A stretch of DNA of 62,628 bases from Candidatus Microgenomates bacterium (GCA_016182045.1 JACOYE010000013.1:1-62628); one strand, 5' to 3'; shown: positions 9,482-19,206, counted from the first letter of the stretch. Notes: generated by a model not told the origin, from the letters alone. Program-made: numbers and translations.

Positions 9482-9774
9482 CGATTATTAAAAAATTTGA
9501 CCCGGATGAAAGACAAAAAAAATTTCCAAAAAAATATTTTCTATTAGCCGTAGTGAGTTTGTTTATTCTGACTATGGTAGAAATTTGGGTTGCCAATACT
9601 GTGGCAGGCTTTGGAGAAAATTTTGCTGAAATATCCAGTTTAAAACAATCACTTAGTTTAGAGAATCAAATTTTGGAAAATGAAATTGCCAAATATGCTT
9701 CTTTAAATTCAGTAGCCTCTCAGTCAGCAAAGCTTGGTTTTTCTAAGATAACAAGTATACAATATATTCGTTGA
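9478..9774 (+). CDS. ftsL: FtsL-like cell division protein
   Basis: Small protein with basic N-terminus, one TM and a coiled coil, located between rsmH and ftsI. Confidence 0.7.
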   Translation: MTIIKKFDPDERQKKFPKKYFLLAVVSLFILTMVEIWVANTVAGFGENFAEISSLKQSLSLENQILENEIAKYASLNSVASQSAKLGFSKITSIQYIR

Positions 9775-11480
9775 TGCGAATATTTGTTATCAAGGTATTC
9801 TTTGCCATCTTTTTTATTGCAATTTTAGCTCGCCTCTTTTATTGGCAAGTAATTTCAGCGCAGCTGCTTCAGGCACGAGCAGAGGGACAATATTTTAAAG
9901 ATACAAAAGTTTTTGCCAAAAGAGGAAGTGTTTTTTTCTCGGACGGTTTTATTTTGGCTTCATCTAATCCAACTTTTAACTTGTATGGTTTACCAAAAGT
10001 TATATCTTCCGAAGAAAGAATGAATACTGCCTACACAATTGCCAAGATAGTACTGGGTAAAGAAAAGGTAGAAAAGGAGGTTGATTTGTTGGCGAAGGAT
10101 TTAGTCGATAAGCTGTCAAAGGACCTTTATTGGGTTCTGCTTGAGAAAAATGTCTCTTATGAGATAAAGAAAAAAATAGAACAGATCAACTTAAAGGGGG
10201 TTGGTTTTGAAACTTCATCCAGTCGTTTCTATCCGGAAGGATCATCTTCCGCCCATCTTTTGGGTTTTGTAGGTTCAGATGCAAAAGGCCAAGATACCGG
10301 CTATTTTGGATTGGAAGGATATTATGATGGAGAGCTTAAAGGGATTTCCGGACTGATCAGACATGAGAGGGATGCATTGGGTCTGCCTATTTTAATAGGA
10401 AGATTTTTAACGAGCAGTGCCAAAAATGGTAAAGATATTATTCTTAACTTGGATAGGTCTGTTCAGTTTATTGTGGAAGAAAATTTAAAAAAGGGAATGG
10501 AAAAATATGGTGCCAGAGCAGCATCGGCAGTGGTAATGGAGCCCAAAACAGGTAACATTTTGGCCATGGCTTCTTTCCCCAACTATCATCCGGCCAAATA
10601 TTTTGATTTTCCCAAAGAAGTTTACAAAAATCCGATTGTGGCAGACTCCTATGAACCAGGATCAACCTTTAAAGTGTTGGTGATGGCAGCAGCATTTAAT
10701 GAGGATTTGGTTGAGCCAGACACAATTTGTGATATCTGTGGCGCTCCTATCTCAATTGGGGGGTTTACTATACGAACATGGAATAATAAATATTTCCCGA
10801 ATACTGTTTTAAAAGATGTCATTATTCATTCAGATAACACTGGGATGGTATTTGTGGGAAAGAAATTGGGATTGGATAAGTTTTATTCCTATTTAGAAAA
10901 TTTTGGCTTAGGTAGTATTACCAATATTGATTTGCAAGATGAGTTCAGTCCGGAGATCAGACCAAAAAATGAGTGGAGAGAAATTGATTTGGCCACAGCA
11001 TCTTTTGGTCAGGGAGTGGCTGTCACACCTATTCAGATGATTAGAGCGGTGGCGGCAATTGCCAATGGAGGAAAGTTGATGGAGCCGCACATGGTAAAAG
11101 TGATCAAAGATGATCAAGGCAGCTTTGAAGTTAAACCAAAGGTGATCAGGCAAATAATCGGAGAGTCAACTGCCAAAATTATCACCGAGATGATGGTAGC
11201 CGCTGTTTCGGAGGGAGAGGCCAAGTGGGCCAAACCAAAAGGTTTTAAAATAGCCGGTAAAACCGGTACTGCCCAAATTCCAGTGGCCGGCCATTATGAT
11301 CCAAATAAAACAATTGCCTCATTTGTGGGATTTGCCCCAGCCGATGATCCTAAATTTGCCATATTAGTCCGCTACGATCAACCTTCAACTTCACCATATG
11401 GTTCAGAGACAGCTGCCCCAACCTTTTTTGAAATTGCCAAAGAACTTTTTAATTATTATAAAATTGCCCCAACTGAGTAG
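9771..11480 (+). CDS. ftsI: Class B penicillin-binding protein (FtsI/PBP2-type transpeptidase)
   Basis: EPGSTFK (SxxK), SDN (SxN) and KTGTAQ motifs, N-terminal TM, dcw position. Confidence 0.9.
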   Translation: MMRIFVIKVFFAIFFIAILARLFYWQVISAQLLQARAEGQYFKDTKVFAKRGSVFFSDGFILASSNPTFNLYGLPKVISSEERMNTAYTIAKIVLGKEKVEKEVDLLAKDLVDKLSKDLYWVLLEKNVSYEIKKKIEQINLKGVGFETSSSRFYPEGSSSAHLLGFVGSDAKGQDTGYFGLEGYYDGELKGISGLIRHERDALGLPILIGRFLTSSAKNGKDIILNLDRSVQFIVEENLKKGMEKYGARAASAVVMEPKTGNILAMASFPNYHPAKYFDFPKEVYKNPIVADSYEPGSTFKVLVMAAAFNEDLVEPDTICDICGAPISIGGFTIRTWNNKYFPNTVLKDVIIHSDNTGMVFVGKKLGLDKFYSYLENFGLGSITNIDLQDEFSPEIRPKNEWREIDLATASFGQGVAVTPIQMIRAVAAIANGGKLMEPHMVKVIKDDQGSFEVKPKVIRQIIGESTAKIITEMMVAAVSEGEAKWAKPKGFKIAGKTGTAQIPVAGHYDPNKTIASFVGFAPADDPKFAILVRYDQPSTSPYGSETAAPTFFEIAKELFNYYKIAPTE

Positions 11481-11595
11481 GCACAAAGGCTATCCAAAAT
11501 CCGCAGGTGTAAACGTATTCCACCCCAAGGGTGTAAGTGTAAGAATATACCATAAAATTGCTCCAAATTGAGTAAGTTTGGTTCTATCTGATATA

Positions 11596-11625
11596 TTGAC
11601 AAGAAATAAGGTGAAGAGTTATATT
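11596..11625 (+). promoter_or_regulatory. Sigma70-type promoter for the small DUF2795-like gene
   Basis: TTGACA (11596) -18 bp- TATATT (11620). A purine-rich AAGGAAGGGGGTGA RBS-like tract lies before the ATG. Confidence 0.75.
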
Positions 11626-11657
11626 TTCTCAGACCATAAAGGAAGGGGGTGAGAAAA

Positions 11658-11876
11658 ATGCAAAATGTTGCTTCAGCAATTGATCACCTAAAAACACATC
11701 AGACTTATCCAGCAACCAAAGCTCAGCTGGTGGCAGAATGTAACAACTTGTCCGATTTTTCAGAAGAGGATAAAACAGAGTTTGCTCAAAACCTTCCAGA
11801 AGGTAGCTACAACTCTGCTGATGATGTTGTAAAGGCACTGGGTTGGCAAACTCAACAACCACAACAAGCGATGTAG
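11658..11876 (+). CDS. Small helical protein, DUF2795/MTH865-like
   Basis: YPATKAQLV...LPEGSYNSADDVVKAL matches the YPA(T/S)K..L..LP...Y.S..DV pattern of DUF2795. Has its own promoter and RBS. Confidence 0.75.
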   Translation: MQNVASAIDHLKTHQTYPATKAQLVAECNNLSDFSEEDKTEFAQNLPEGSYNSADDVVKALGWQTQQPQQAM

Positions 11877-11908
11877 CCTAAGGGGAAACTTCTGTTATAA
11901 TAGGCTCA

Positions 11909-13135
11909 ATGAAAGAGATTATACGCTCATTATTTCCCCAGTGGATGATTAATAAATTTTATCATCTTCCGCGGGCTTTCTTGGCCTATATTTTTTACGG
12001 ATTCCCAACTAGAAACTTAACAGTCATTGGAGTGACCGGGACTGATGGCAAGACCACCACAGTCAATATGATTTATCAGGTTCTAAAATCTGCCGGAAAG
12101 AAAGTTTCCATGGTCTCAACAGTTAATGCTGTGGTGGGTGGTCAACGATACGATACAGGATTCCATGTGACTTCACCAGATCCTCTCTTGGTGCAAAAAT
12201 TTGCCAAAAAAGCTAAAGACAATGGCGATGAGTTCTTAATATTGGAAGTAACCTCACATGCTTTAGATCAGTACAGATTTTGGGGAATTAAATTTGATGT
12301 GGCAGTTATAACCAATGTTACCCATGAACACTTGGATTATCACAAAACTTTTGGAAATTACCTAAATACAAAATTTAAACTTATAAAAGATGTTAAATTT
12401 GCTGTAGTTAATGAAAATTTAAACAGATTGCCACGTCGCTTCGCTCCTCGCAATGACGATAATAAAAGAATGATTACATTTGGACACAACAGAGGAGATT
12501 TTAATCAGGAGGATATTAATTTAAAACTTAAAATACCCGGTGATTATAATGTTGAGAATGCTCTGGCTGCCATAGTAGCTGCTTCAGTTTTAGGTGTTAA
12601 TCAAGAAATAGCGCGTAAATCAGTGGAAAGCTTTAAGGGTATAGTGGGTAGAATGGAGGAGGTTAAAAACAGAAGAGGTTTCAGAATAGTTATTGATTAT
12701 GCCCATACTCCAAACGGTTTGGAGCAAGCCTTAAAAACTCTACGTTCGCAACATCCACAGGGGAAGTTAATCTCACTGATAGGTTGTGAAGGAAAAAGAG
12801 ATGTCGGTAAAAGAAGCTTGATGGGGGAGATTGCCACTAAATTATCTGATATGGTGGTGGTGACTGCAGTTGACCCTAGGGGTCAGATTGATACTATCAA
12901 CAGACAAATAAGTAATGGAGCCAAAAAAGCGGGAGCAAGAATGGATGAAAATTTTTTTATCATAGATGATAGAGCAAAAGCCATCGATTTTGCCATAAAC
13001 AGTTTGGCTAAAAAGGGAGACACGGTGGGAATTTTTGGTAAAGGTCATGAGAGGAGTATGAATCTGGATGGTAAAAAAGAGATACACTGGTCTGATGAGG
13101 AAGCTGTTAAAAAGGCTTTGAACAATGGACAATAA
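11909..13135 (+). CDS. murE: UDP-MurNAc-dipeptide amino-acid ligase MurE (short N-terminus)
   Basis: GVTGTDGKTTT, EVTSHALDQ, TNVTHEHLDYH, GRME, IDYAHTP, GKGHE. Confidence 0.9.
   Translation: MKEIIRSLFPQWMINKFYHLPRAFLAYIFYGFPTRNLTVIGVTGTDGKTTTVNMIYQVLKSAGKKVSMVSTVNAVVGGQRYDTGFHVTSPDPLLVQKFAKKAKDNGDEFLILEVTSHALDQYRFWGIKFDVAVITNVTHEHLDYHKTFGNYLNTKFKLIKDVKFAVVNENLNRLPRRFAPRNDDNKRMITFGHNRGDFNQEDINLKLKIPGDYNVENALAAIVAASVLGVNQEIARKSVESFKGIVGRMEEVKNRRGFRIVIDYAHTPNGLEQALKTLRSQHPQGKLISLIGCEGKRDVGKRSLMGEIATKLSDMVVVTAVDPRGQIDTINRQISNGAKKAGARMDENFFIIDDRAKAIDFAINSLAKKGDTVGIFGKGHERSMNLDGKKEIHWSDEEAVKKALNNGQ
12425..12457 (+). repeat. 33-bp REP-like element in frame inside murE
   Basis: AGATTGCCACGTCGCTTCGCTCCTCGCAATGAC. 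30/33 identical to the reverse complement of 48129-48161. Confidence 0.9.
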
Positions 13136-13715
13136 ATTAAAAATAATTGCCAACTACTTCGGCATGGATAGGGTTAAGTTTAACGAATCTATTGCTCAAT
13201 ATACCAGTTTAAATTTAGGAGGCCCTGCCAAATTATTTTTTATCGCTTTTACTAAAGGGGAGATTATAAAAATGGTTAAAGTTTGTAGAGAATTAAAGTT
13301 GCCTTTTTTTATTTTCGGTACAGGTTCAAAGATTATGCTCTCAGATATAGGTTTTGAAGGAGTAGTCATAAAAAATCGCACCAAAGATATTCATATCCTC
13401 TCTATCAAGGGTAAAGTTTCAAAAGTTGGTATTGGAGTTGATGAAGCTTTGGTTGAAGTAGACTCGGGAGTAAGCATTTCAAAATTTGTGGAATTTTTAG
13501 ATACTCAAGGACTAATGGCAGATGAGTTTAGACAAAGGCCTGGAAGTATTGGGGGGAATATTTTTTTAAATAAATCTTTGCAAAATAAGGTGAAAAGTAT
13601 TAAAGTATTAAATTTGAATTCATCAATCGAAGAAATAGGGGTAGAAAATTTGAGTTTTAAAAAACATATCATTTTGTCGGTAGCATTAAGAATTAAGACA
13701 AAAGAAAGAAAGTAA
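13125..13715 (+). CDS. murB: Truncated MurB-like FAD-binding protein (196 aa, no C-terminal catalytic domain)
   Basis: YTSLNLGGPAKLF, FGTGSKIMLSDIGFEGVVI and PGSIGG resemble the MurB N-terminus. The ORF stops 2 nt before murA. Confidence 0.75.
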   Translation: MDNKLKIIANYFGMDRVKFNESIAQYTSLNLGGPAKLFFIAFTKGEIIKMVKVCRELKLPFFIFGTGSKIMLSDIGFEGVVIKNRTKDIHILSIKGKVSKVGIGVDEALVEVDSGVSISKFVEFLDTQGLMADEFRQRPGSIGGNIFLNKSLQNKVKSIKVLNLNSSIEEIGVENLSFKKHIILSVALRIKTKERK

Positions 13716-13717
13716 AT

Positions 13718-14974
13718 ATGAAATATAAAGTTATCGGCGGACATCGACTGAGTGGAACAATTCGTGTCTCCGGAAATAAAAACTCGGTTTTTCCCTGCGT
13801 GGCTGCAGCACTATTAACTGAAGAAGAAGTAATTTTGGAAAATATTTCCGATATTTCAGATGTAGAAAGATTAATTGAGATTTTGAAAAAATTAGGTGTC
13901 GAAGTTCAAAAAAGTGGTCCAACTTTAAAAATTTTAGCCAGAGAAATAAAAAATACCAGCTTACCTAAGGATTTGATGGGGAAGTTAAGAGGCTCTATGG
14001 TTTTGGTGGGAGCAATACTTGCCAGGAAGAACAAAGTTCATTTTTATCATCCTGGGGGTGATGTGATTGGTAAAAGAAGTATTGAGACTCACCTTGAGGG
14101 ATTTAAAGGCTTGGGAGTGAATTTAAAAAGAGAAGATTTGGAATTTAGGTTAAATTATCAGGAAGATTTTAAAGATCGGGCTATTTTTTTTCTGGAGGCT
14201 TCTGTGACGGCCACGGAAAACTTAATTTTGGCATCTGTTTTGGGCAAAAGAGATGTGATCTTGAAAAATTGTCCTAAAGAACCGCATATTATTGATCTTT
14301 GTAAAATGTTAACTAGAATGGGAGCTAAAATTTTTGGAGTAGGAACAGATGCATTAAAAATTTCAGGTGTTGAAAAACTTAAGGGAGTTAAATTTAGGAT
14401 AGGGATTGATTATGTGGAGGTAGGGACATACGCAGTAGCGGCAGCTATCACAGGAGGAAGACTTACAATCAGCGGTATTGATGATACGGATTTGGATCCA
14501 ATATTTGAACCGTTAAAAAGATTTGGTATACACTCGGATTTTACAAAAGATACTATCACAATCCACTCTGGTAAATTAAAATCTGTTCCGAAGCTGACAA
14601 CCAATCTCTGGCCTGGATTTCCCACCGATCTGATGAGTGCTGCCATTGTTTTGGCGACTCAATCATCTGGGGTAACTTTGTGTCACGATTGGATGTATGA
14701 GGGAAGGATGTTTTTTGTTGATAAATTAATCTCAATGGGAGCAAAAATTATCTTGGCTGATCCTCATAGAGTATTTGTTTACGGATTAAGTAAGCTCAAG
14801 GGAAGAATACTGGAAACCCCGGATATTAGAGCAGGAATGGCTTTGGTTTTAGCCGCCCTCGTTGCCAAGGGTGAGTGTTTGATAAATCAGGCAGAATTGA
14901 TTGAGAGAGGTTATGAGGATGTGGTGGGGAAACTAAAAAAATTAGGTGCCCAAATAGAGAGAATTGATGTATAA
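13718..14974 (+). CDS. murA: UDP-GlcNAc 1-carboxyvinyltransferase MurA
   Basis: SGNKNS, LRGSM, PGGDVIGKRS, SVTATEN, PGFPTDL, PDIRAG, RGYE. Confidence 0.96.
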   Translation: MKYKVIGGHRLSGTIRVSGNKNSVFPCVAAALLTEEEVILENISDISDVERLIEILKKLGVEVQKSGPTLKILAREIKNTSLPKDLMGKLRGSMVLVGAILARKNKVHFYHPGGDVIGKRSIETHLEGFKGLGVNLKREDLEFRLNYQEDFKDRAIFFLEASVTATENLILASVLGKRDVILKNCPKEPHIIDLCKMLTRMGAKIFGVGTDALKISGVEKLKGVKFRIGIDYVEVGTYAVAAAITGGRLTISGIDDTDLDPIFEPLKRFGIHSDFTKDTITIHSGKLKSVPKLTTNLWPGFPTDLMSAAIVLATQSSGVTLCHDWMYEGRMFFVDKLISMGAKIILADPHRVFVYGLSKLKGRILETPDIRAGMALVLAALVAKGECLINQAELIERGYEDVVGKLKKLGAQIERIDV

Positions 14975-16178
14975 TTCTTCAGTGGACATAATAAATCATC
15001 CAATTTGGAAACAAGTTACTCCTTATAAAACTAAAATACCCGCCTTTAAAAAACCGTTACATCTTTTAAAAATTTATCTGGCAAAACAATATGCCCGATT
15101 TTATCCGCCGGAAACTTTTATAGGTGTGACAGGTTCTGTGGGAAAAACAACCACCATTGCTTGTGCTCTGGCAGTTTTATCTCAAAAATACAAAGTGATT
15201 ACTACTATACCAAACTTAGACCCTGTTTTAAACATCCCTCAAACTTTGTTGAAACTAAATCCTACTGTCAAAAAGGCTATTTTGGAAATGGGCATTGAGT
15301 ATCCGGGAGAGATGGATTTTTATCTTTCAATGGTTAAACCAAAAACAGCCATTATAACCCGAATTTATTATGCTCATGCACAGTACCTCGATGGTTTGGA
15401 ACAAATACTAAAAGAGAAAGGGAAACTTGTTGAGCAGTTACCGAAGGATGGGAAAATCATCTTAAATTGGGATGATGTCCTATCCAGGAAACTAGCAGAA
15501 AAATGTCAGGGGGAAGTTATTTATTATGGCAAAGATTCCATGAATTGTACTGTTTGGGCAGGGAATATTAAATTTGAAAACTTTAGAACTACTTTTGAGA
15601 TAAATCATGGGGTGGAAAGGGTTAAGGTCGATTATCAACTTTTAGGTGAGCATCAAGTTTATCCGGCATTGGCTGCTTGCATATTGGGGGTTTTGGAGGA
15701 TATCTCCCTGACTAAGATTAAATTGGCTTTGGAATCAATACAACCGTCTGAGCATAGGTTGCAGGCTCTGAATGGTCCAAATGGATCTATAATTTTAGAT
15801 GATACGTACAATTCTTCCCCTGCGGCGGTAGATGCAGCAATCGATGTCTTGCTACAAGTTCCCGCAAGAAGAAGGCTAATTGTTTTGGGTGAGATGAGAG
15901 AGTTGGGCAAATATTCAGAGATGCTACACAGACAAGTTGCTCAAAGAATTTTCAAAGAAAAACTGGATTTTTGCTTTTTGGGCCAAGGAGATGCCAATAT
16001 CATCACAGATGAGTTAAAAAGTTTGGGATATTGGGAGGAAAAACTGCAGTCAAACTTGCAAAATTCTCAAATTGTCGTCAGGTTACTAAAAACTCTGGGT
16101 AAAGGGGATGTCTGTCTTATTAAAGGTTCGAGAGCCGTAAGATTAGATGAGGTGGTAAATAGAATTACTAAGAGTTAA
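14967..16178 (+). CDS. murF: Mur ligase, MurF type
   Basis: GVTGSVGKTTT, ILEMG, LDDTYNSSP, VLGEMRELG, LIKGSR. Start codon uncertain. Confidence 0.88.
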   Translation: MYNSSVDIINHPIWKQVTPYKTKIPAFKKPLHLLKIYLAKQYARFYPPETFIGVTGSVGKTTTIACALAVLSQKYKVITTIPNLDPVLNIPQTLLKLNPTVKKAILEMGIEYPGEMDFYLSMVKPKTAIITRIYYAHAQYLDGLEQILKEKGKLVEQLPKDGKIILNWDDVLSRKLAEKCQGEVIYYGKDSMNCTVWAGNIKFENFRTTFEINHGVERVKVDYQLLGEHQVYPALAACILGVLEDISLTKIKLALESIQPSEHRLQALNGPNGSIILDDTYNSSPAAVDAAIDVLLQVPARRRLIVLGEMRELGKYSEMLHRQVAQRIFKEKLDFCFLGQGDANIITDELKSLGYWEEKLQSNLQNSQIVVRLLKTLGKGDVCLIKGSRAVRLDEVVNRITKS

Positions 16179-16192
16179 TATTAAATTACAAA

Positions 16193-17206
16193 ATGACGCA
16201 ACTTCTTGGGTTACTGTTAGTTTCTTTTTTCACAACAAGCATCTTTATGGTGCCATTTATTGACCTTCTCTATCTTTTGAAGAAAAGATTTGAAAAGGAA
16301 ACTTTTCTCAAAAGACAATCTGAGACTCCAATTCATGATCAGTTAATGAAGGAAGATATACAGACACCTTCAGGAGGAGGGATATTATTAATTTTGATTT
16401 TGACCCTATTAAGCCTTGTCTACGCTATTTTTAGTAAATCTGTTGATTTTGTAAGCTTGGGTATTTTACTTTTTACTCTTGTCACTTTTGGAACATTGGG
16501 ATTTGTTGATGATGTTAGATTAATTTTTACCCGAAGATCGGGTAAATTCTTGGGTCTTGATAAAAAAAAGATGCTGCTTACTCAACTAATTTTGGCAAGT
16601 TTAGTCTCTACAATGCTTTATTTTGTGGCTGGTTTAAACAATATTTATATTGCTGGGCTAGGAAATTTTATAATTGGTCCCTGGTACATACCTATTGCTG
16701 CTTTTGTGATAGTTTCATTTGCAAACGCCTATAATATTTCTGATGGATTGGATGGTTTATCAGCAGGTCTTTTGACAATATGCCTTTTTGCTTTTTTGGC
16801 CCTTTCTTCTGCCACCTTAAATTTGACCCTGGGATCATTTATTGGAATTTGGATAGGGGCACTTTTTGCTTTTCTATATTTTAATATTTGGCCAGCCAGG
16901 ATTTTTTTGGGAGATGCGGGTACCTTTGGATTTGGGGCAACACTGGCAGTGGTAGGTCTTTTAACAGGCAAAATGTTGGCATTGGCAATTATTGGAGGAA
17001 TGTTTGTGGTGATTGTTGCTTCATCATTGGTTCAAATTTTATCCAAAAAATTTCTATCAAAGAAAATTTTGCCAATTGCTCCAATACATATGTATTTTAA
17101 GTTTATTGGTTGGCCGGAATCCAAGATCGTTGTCAGATTTTGGCTTGCTCAAGCCTTATTTGCCATATTTGGGTTATGGATTGGGTTACTTTCTTCTAAT
17201 ATATGA
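16193..17206 (+). CDS. mraY: Phospho-MurNAc-pentapeptide transferase MraY
   Basis: TPSGGG, GFVDD, NAYNISDGLDGL, FNIWPARIFLGDAG, APIHMYF. Confidence 0.93.
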   Translation: MTQLLGLLLVSFFTTSIFMVPFIDLLYLLKKRFEKETFLKRQSETPIHDQLMKEDIQTPSGGGILLILILTLLSLVYAIFSKSVDFVSLGILLFTLVTFGTLGFVDDVRLIFTRRSGKFLGLDKKKMLLTQLILASLVSTMLYFVAGLNNIYIAGLGNFIIGPWYIPIAAFVIVSFANAYNISDGLDGLSAGLLTICLFAFLALSSATLNLTLGSFIGIWIGALFAFLYFNIWPARIFLGDAGTFGFGATLAVVGLLTGKMLALAIIGGMFVVIVASSLVQILSKKFLSKKILPIAPIHMYFKFIGWPESKIVVRFWLAQALFAIFGLWIGLLSSNI

Positions 17207-18303
17207 GGTTATCTAAGTTTGATCTTCAGTCTCAGAGAAGGGGGTTTGATTTTCCGTTACTTTTTACAGTAGGGCTTCTGATTATTTTTGGTTTGGTGAT
17301 GGTCTATGACGCATCTTCTGTTCAAGCCACCAGAGATTTTAATGACAGTTATTACTATATTAGACAGCAGGTAATTTGGGTAATAATTGGTTGTCTCTCT
17401 ATGATTTTTTTTACCCGGTTTGACTATAAAAAGCTTAAATTTTTAGGTTTGCCTTTACTGCTGATATCATTTTTTCTGCTACTGGCTGTTTTCATACCGG
17501 GTTTAGGGGTTTCCGGCGGAGGAGCACATCGTTGGTTAAATTTGGGCCCCATCACCATTCAACCAGCCGAGATTATCAAGTTGACCGGTGTTATATTTCT
17601 TGCTTCGGTACTTGAAAAAAAGGTGAGACTCCTTCCTTTTATAGTTGTTGTTTTAGCATATACCATTATTACGGCCATTTTGCAAAAAGACTTAGGTTCC
17701 ACTTTGGTGTTTGTAGCAACTGCCACTTTTTTATATTTTGCCAGTGGAGGGTCACTTTGGCATTTTATTATAGCTTTACCGGTGGGACTTTTGGCTCTAA
17801 TTCTTTTAATTTTTACTTCTGGATATCGAGTGAAGAGAGTGATGGCCTTTTTAGATCCTTTTTCCGACACCCAAGGGTATTCTTATCATATCTTGCAAAT
17901 TTTAATCGCCTTAGGGTCTGGGGGGCTGTTTGGTCTAGGGTTAGGTCATTCTAGGCAAAAGTTTGAATATATTCCGGAGGTCTCAACAGATTCTATATTT
18001 GCCATTGTCGGTGAGGAATTAGGATTAGTGGGAGGTATCTTATTAATTTCTCTTTTTGTGGTGCTTTTAATCAGAGGATTTAAAATTGCTCAAAATTGTA
18101 CCGATAATTTTGGCAAAATTTTAAGCTTAGGCTTAACTTCCTGGCTGGGGATTCAGATAATAATAAATTTATCCTCAATGGTGGCTCTTATGCCCTTAAC
18201 AGGTGTGCCGCTGCCTTTTATTTCTTACGGTGGATCAGCGTTGGTTGCAAATTTAACAGCAGTGGGGATTTTACTTAATATCTCCAAACAAAATAACTCA
18301 TAA
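17203..18303 (+). CDS. ftsW: SEDS peptidoglycan polymerase FtsW
   Basis: GAHRWLNLG, IQPAEIIK, QKDLGS, YIPEVSTDSIFA, GVPLPFISYGGS. dcw position. Confidence 0.93.
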   Translation: MRLSKFDLQSQRRGFDFPLLFTVGLLIIFGLVMVYDASSVQATRDFNDSYYYIRQQVIWVIIGCLSMIFFTRFDYKKLKFLGLPLLLISFFLLLAVFIPGLGVSGGGAHRWLNLGPITIQPAEIIKLTGVIFLASVLEKKVRLLPFIVVVLAYTIITAILQKDLGSTLVFVATATFLYFASGGSLWHFIIALPVGLLALILLIFTSGYRVKRVMAFLDPFSDTQGYSYHILQILIALGSGGLFGLGLGHSRQKFEYIPEVSTDSIFAIVGEELGLVGGILLISLFVVLLIRGFKIAQNCTDNFGKILSLGLTSWLGIQIIINLSSMVALMPLTGVPLPFISYGGSALVANLTAVGILLNISKQNNS

Positions 18304-19206
18304 ATGAAAAAAATTAGTAAAATTCCTTGGGCAGAATCTATTTGGTTTTTTGACATAGATGATACTTTGATAGATACAGCCGGAACCACCTTGTCTGTAT
18401 CAGAAGGGATTATGAGAGTATTCCAGGCAAAACACACTGTGGAAGAGACACTAAGGGTTCGCGATAACTTTAATGATATTTTCAATCTAATGATGATAGG
18501 TTACAGAGTTAAAAATAAAGAGGATTGGCAACAAGTACCAGGAGAAAAGGAAGCATTTGAAAAACTCCTGCAAGATATAGGAAAGTCTCAGAATAGAGTA
18601 AAAGAAAGATATGGAACTTCTAAAAAATGGAGTAGAGAAGTTTTTATAAAATTTGCCGCAGATAAGACAGGTATACAAGTTACTCCAGAATTAGTACATG
18701 AGGCAGCAGATGCATACTGGGTTACTCTCACAGAACAAACCATGGTATATCCTCAGGCTTTTGATTTGATACAAGTAATCAAAAGACATAATCGGCCAAT
18801 TTATTTACTTACAAGCTCTGACGGAAGGCTAAATATGGATGATGAGGGACAGTTTGATTATGATCCTAGATACTCCGAAGCACTAAAAAGACAAAGAATA
18901 GAATTATTGAGGGAAAGAGGAGTTAATTTTAATGCTTTATCCATTGGTGATCCTGAAGATAAACCTCATCTAGATTTTTTTGAAAAGGCAATAAAAATAG
19001 CTGAACGTGATTTAGGAAAACCAATTGTTTTTAAGAATGCTATTATGGTTGGCGATTCTTTTGGGGGTGATTTGTAAACTCCCAAGGGAAAAATGAGATT
19101 TGGCCTAGTAGTGTTATTCCAAAAGGACAAAGAAGATACAGAGATCGTTGATGAACGTCAAATAATTACGGGAAAATTATCAGAAGTAGCTAATTTTTTA
19201 ATTTAA
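18304..19206 (+). pseudogene. HAD-superfamily hydrolase with an in-frame TAA at 19075
   Basis: Motif I FFDIDDTLIDT and motif IV MVGDSFGGDL* followed in the same frame by 42 more sense codons (TPKGKMRFGLVVLF...ANFLI*). Confidence 0.75.
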
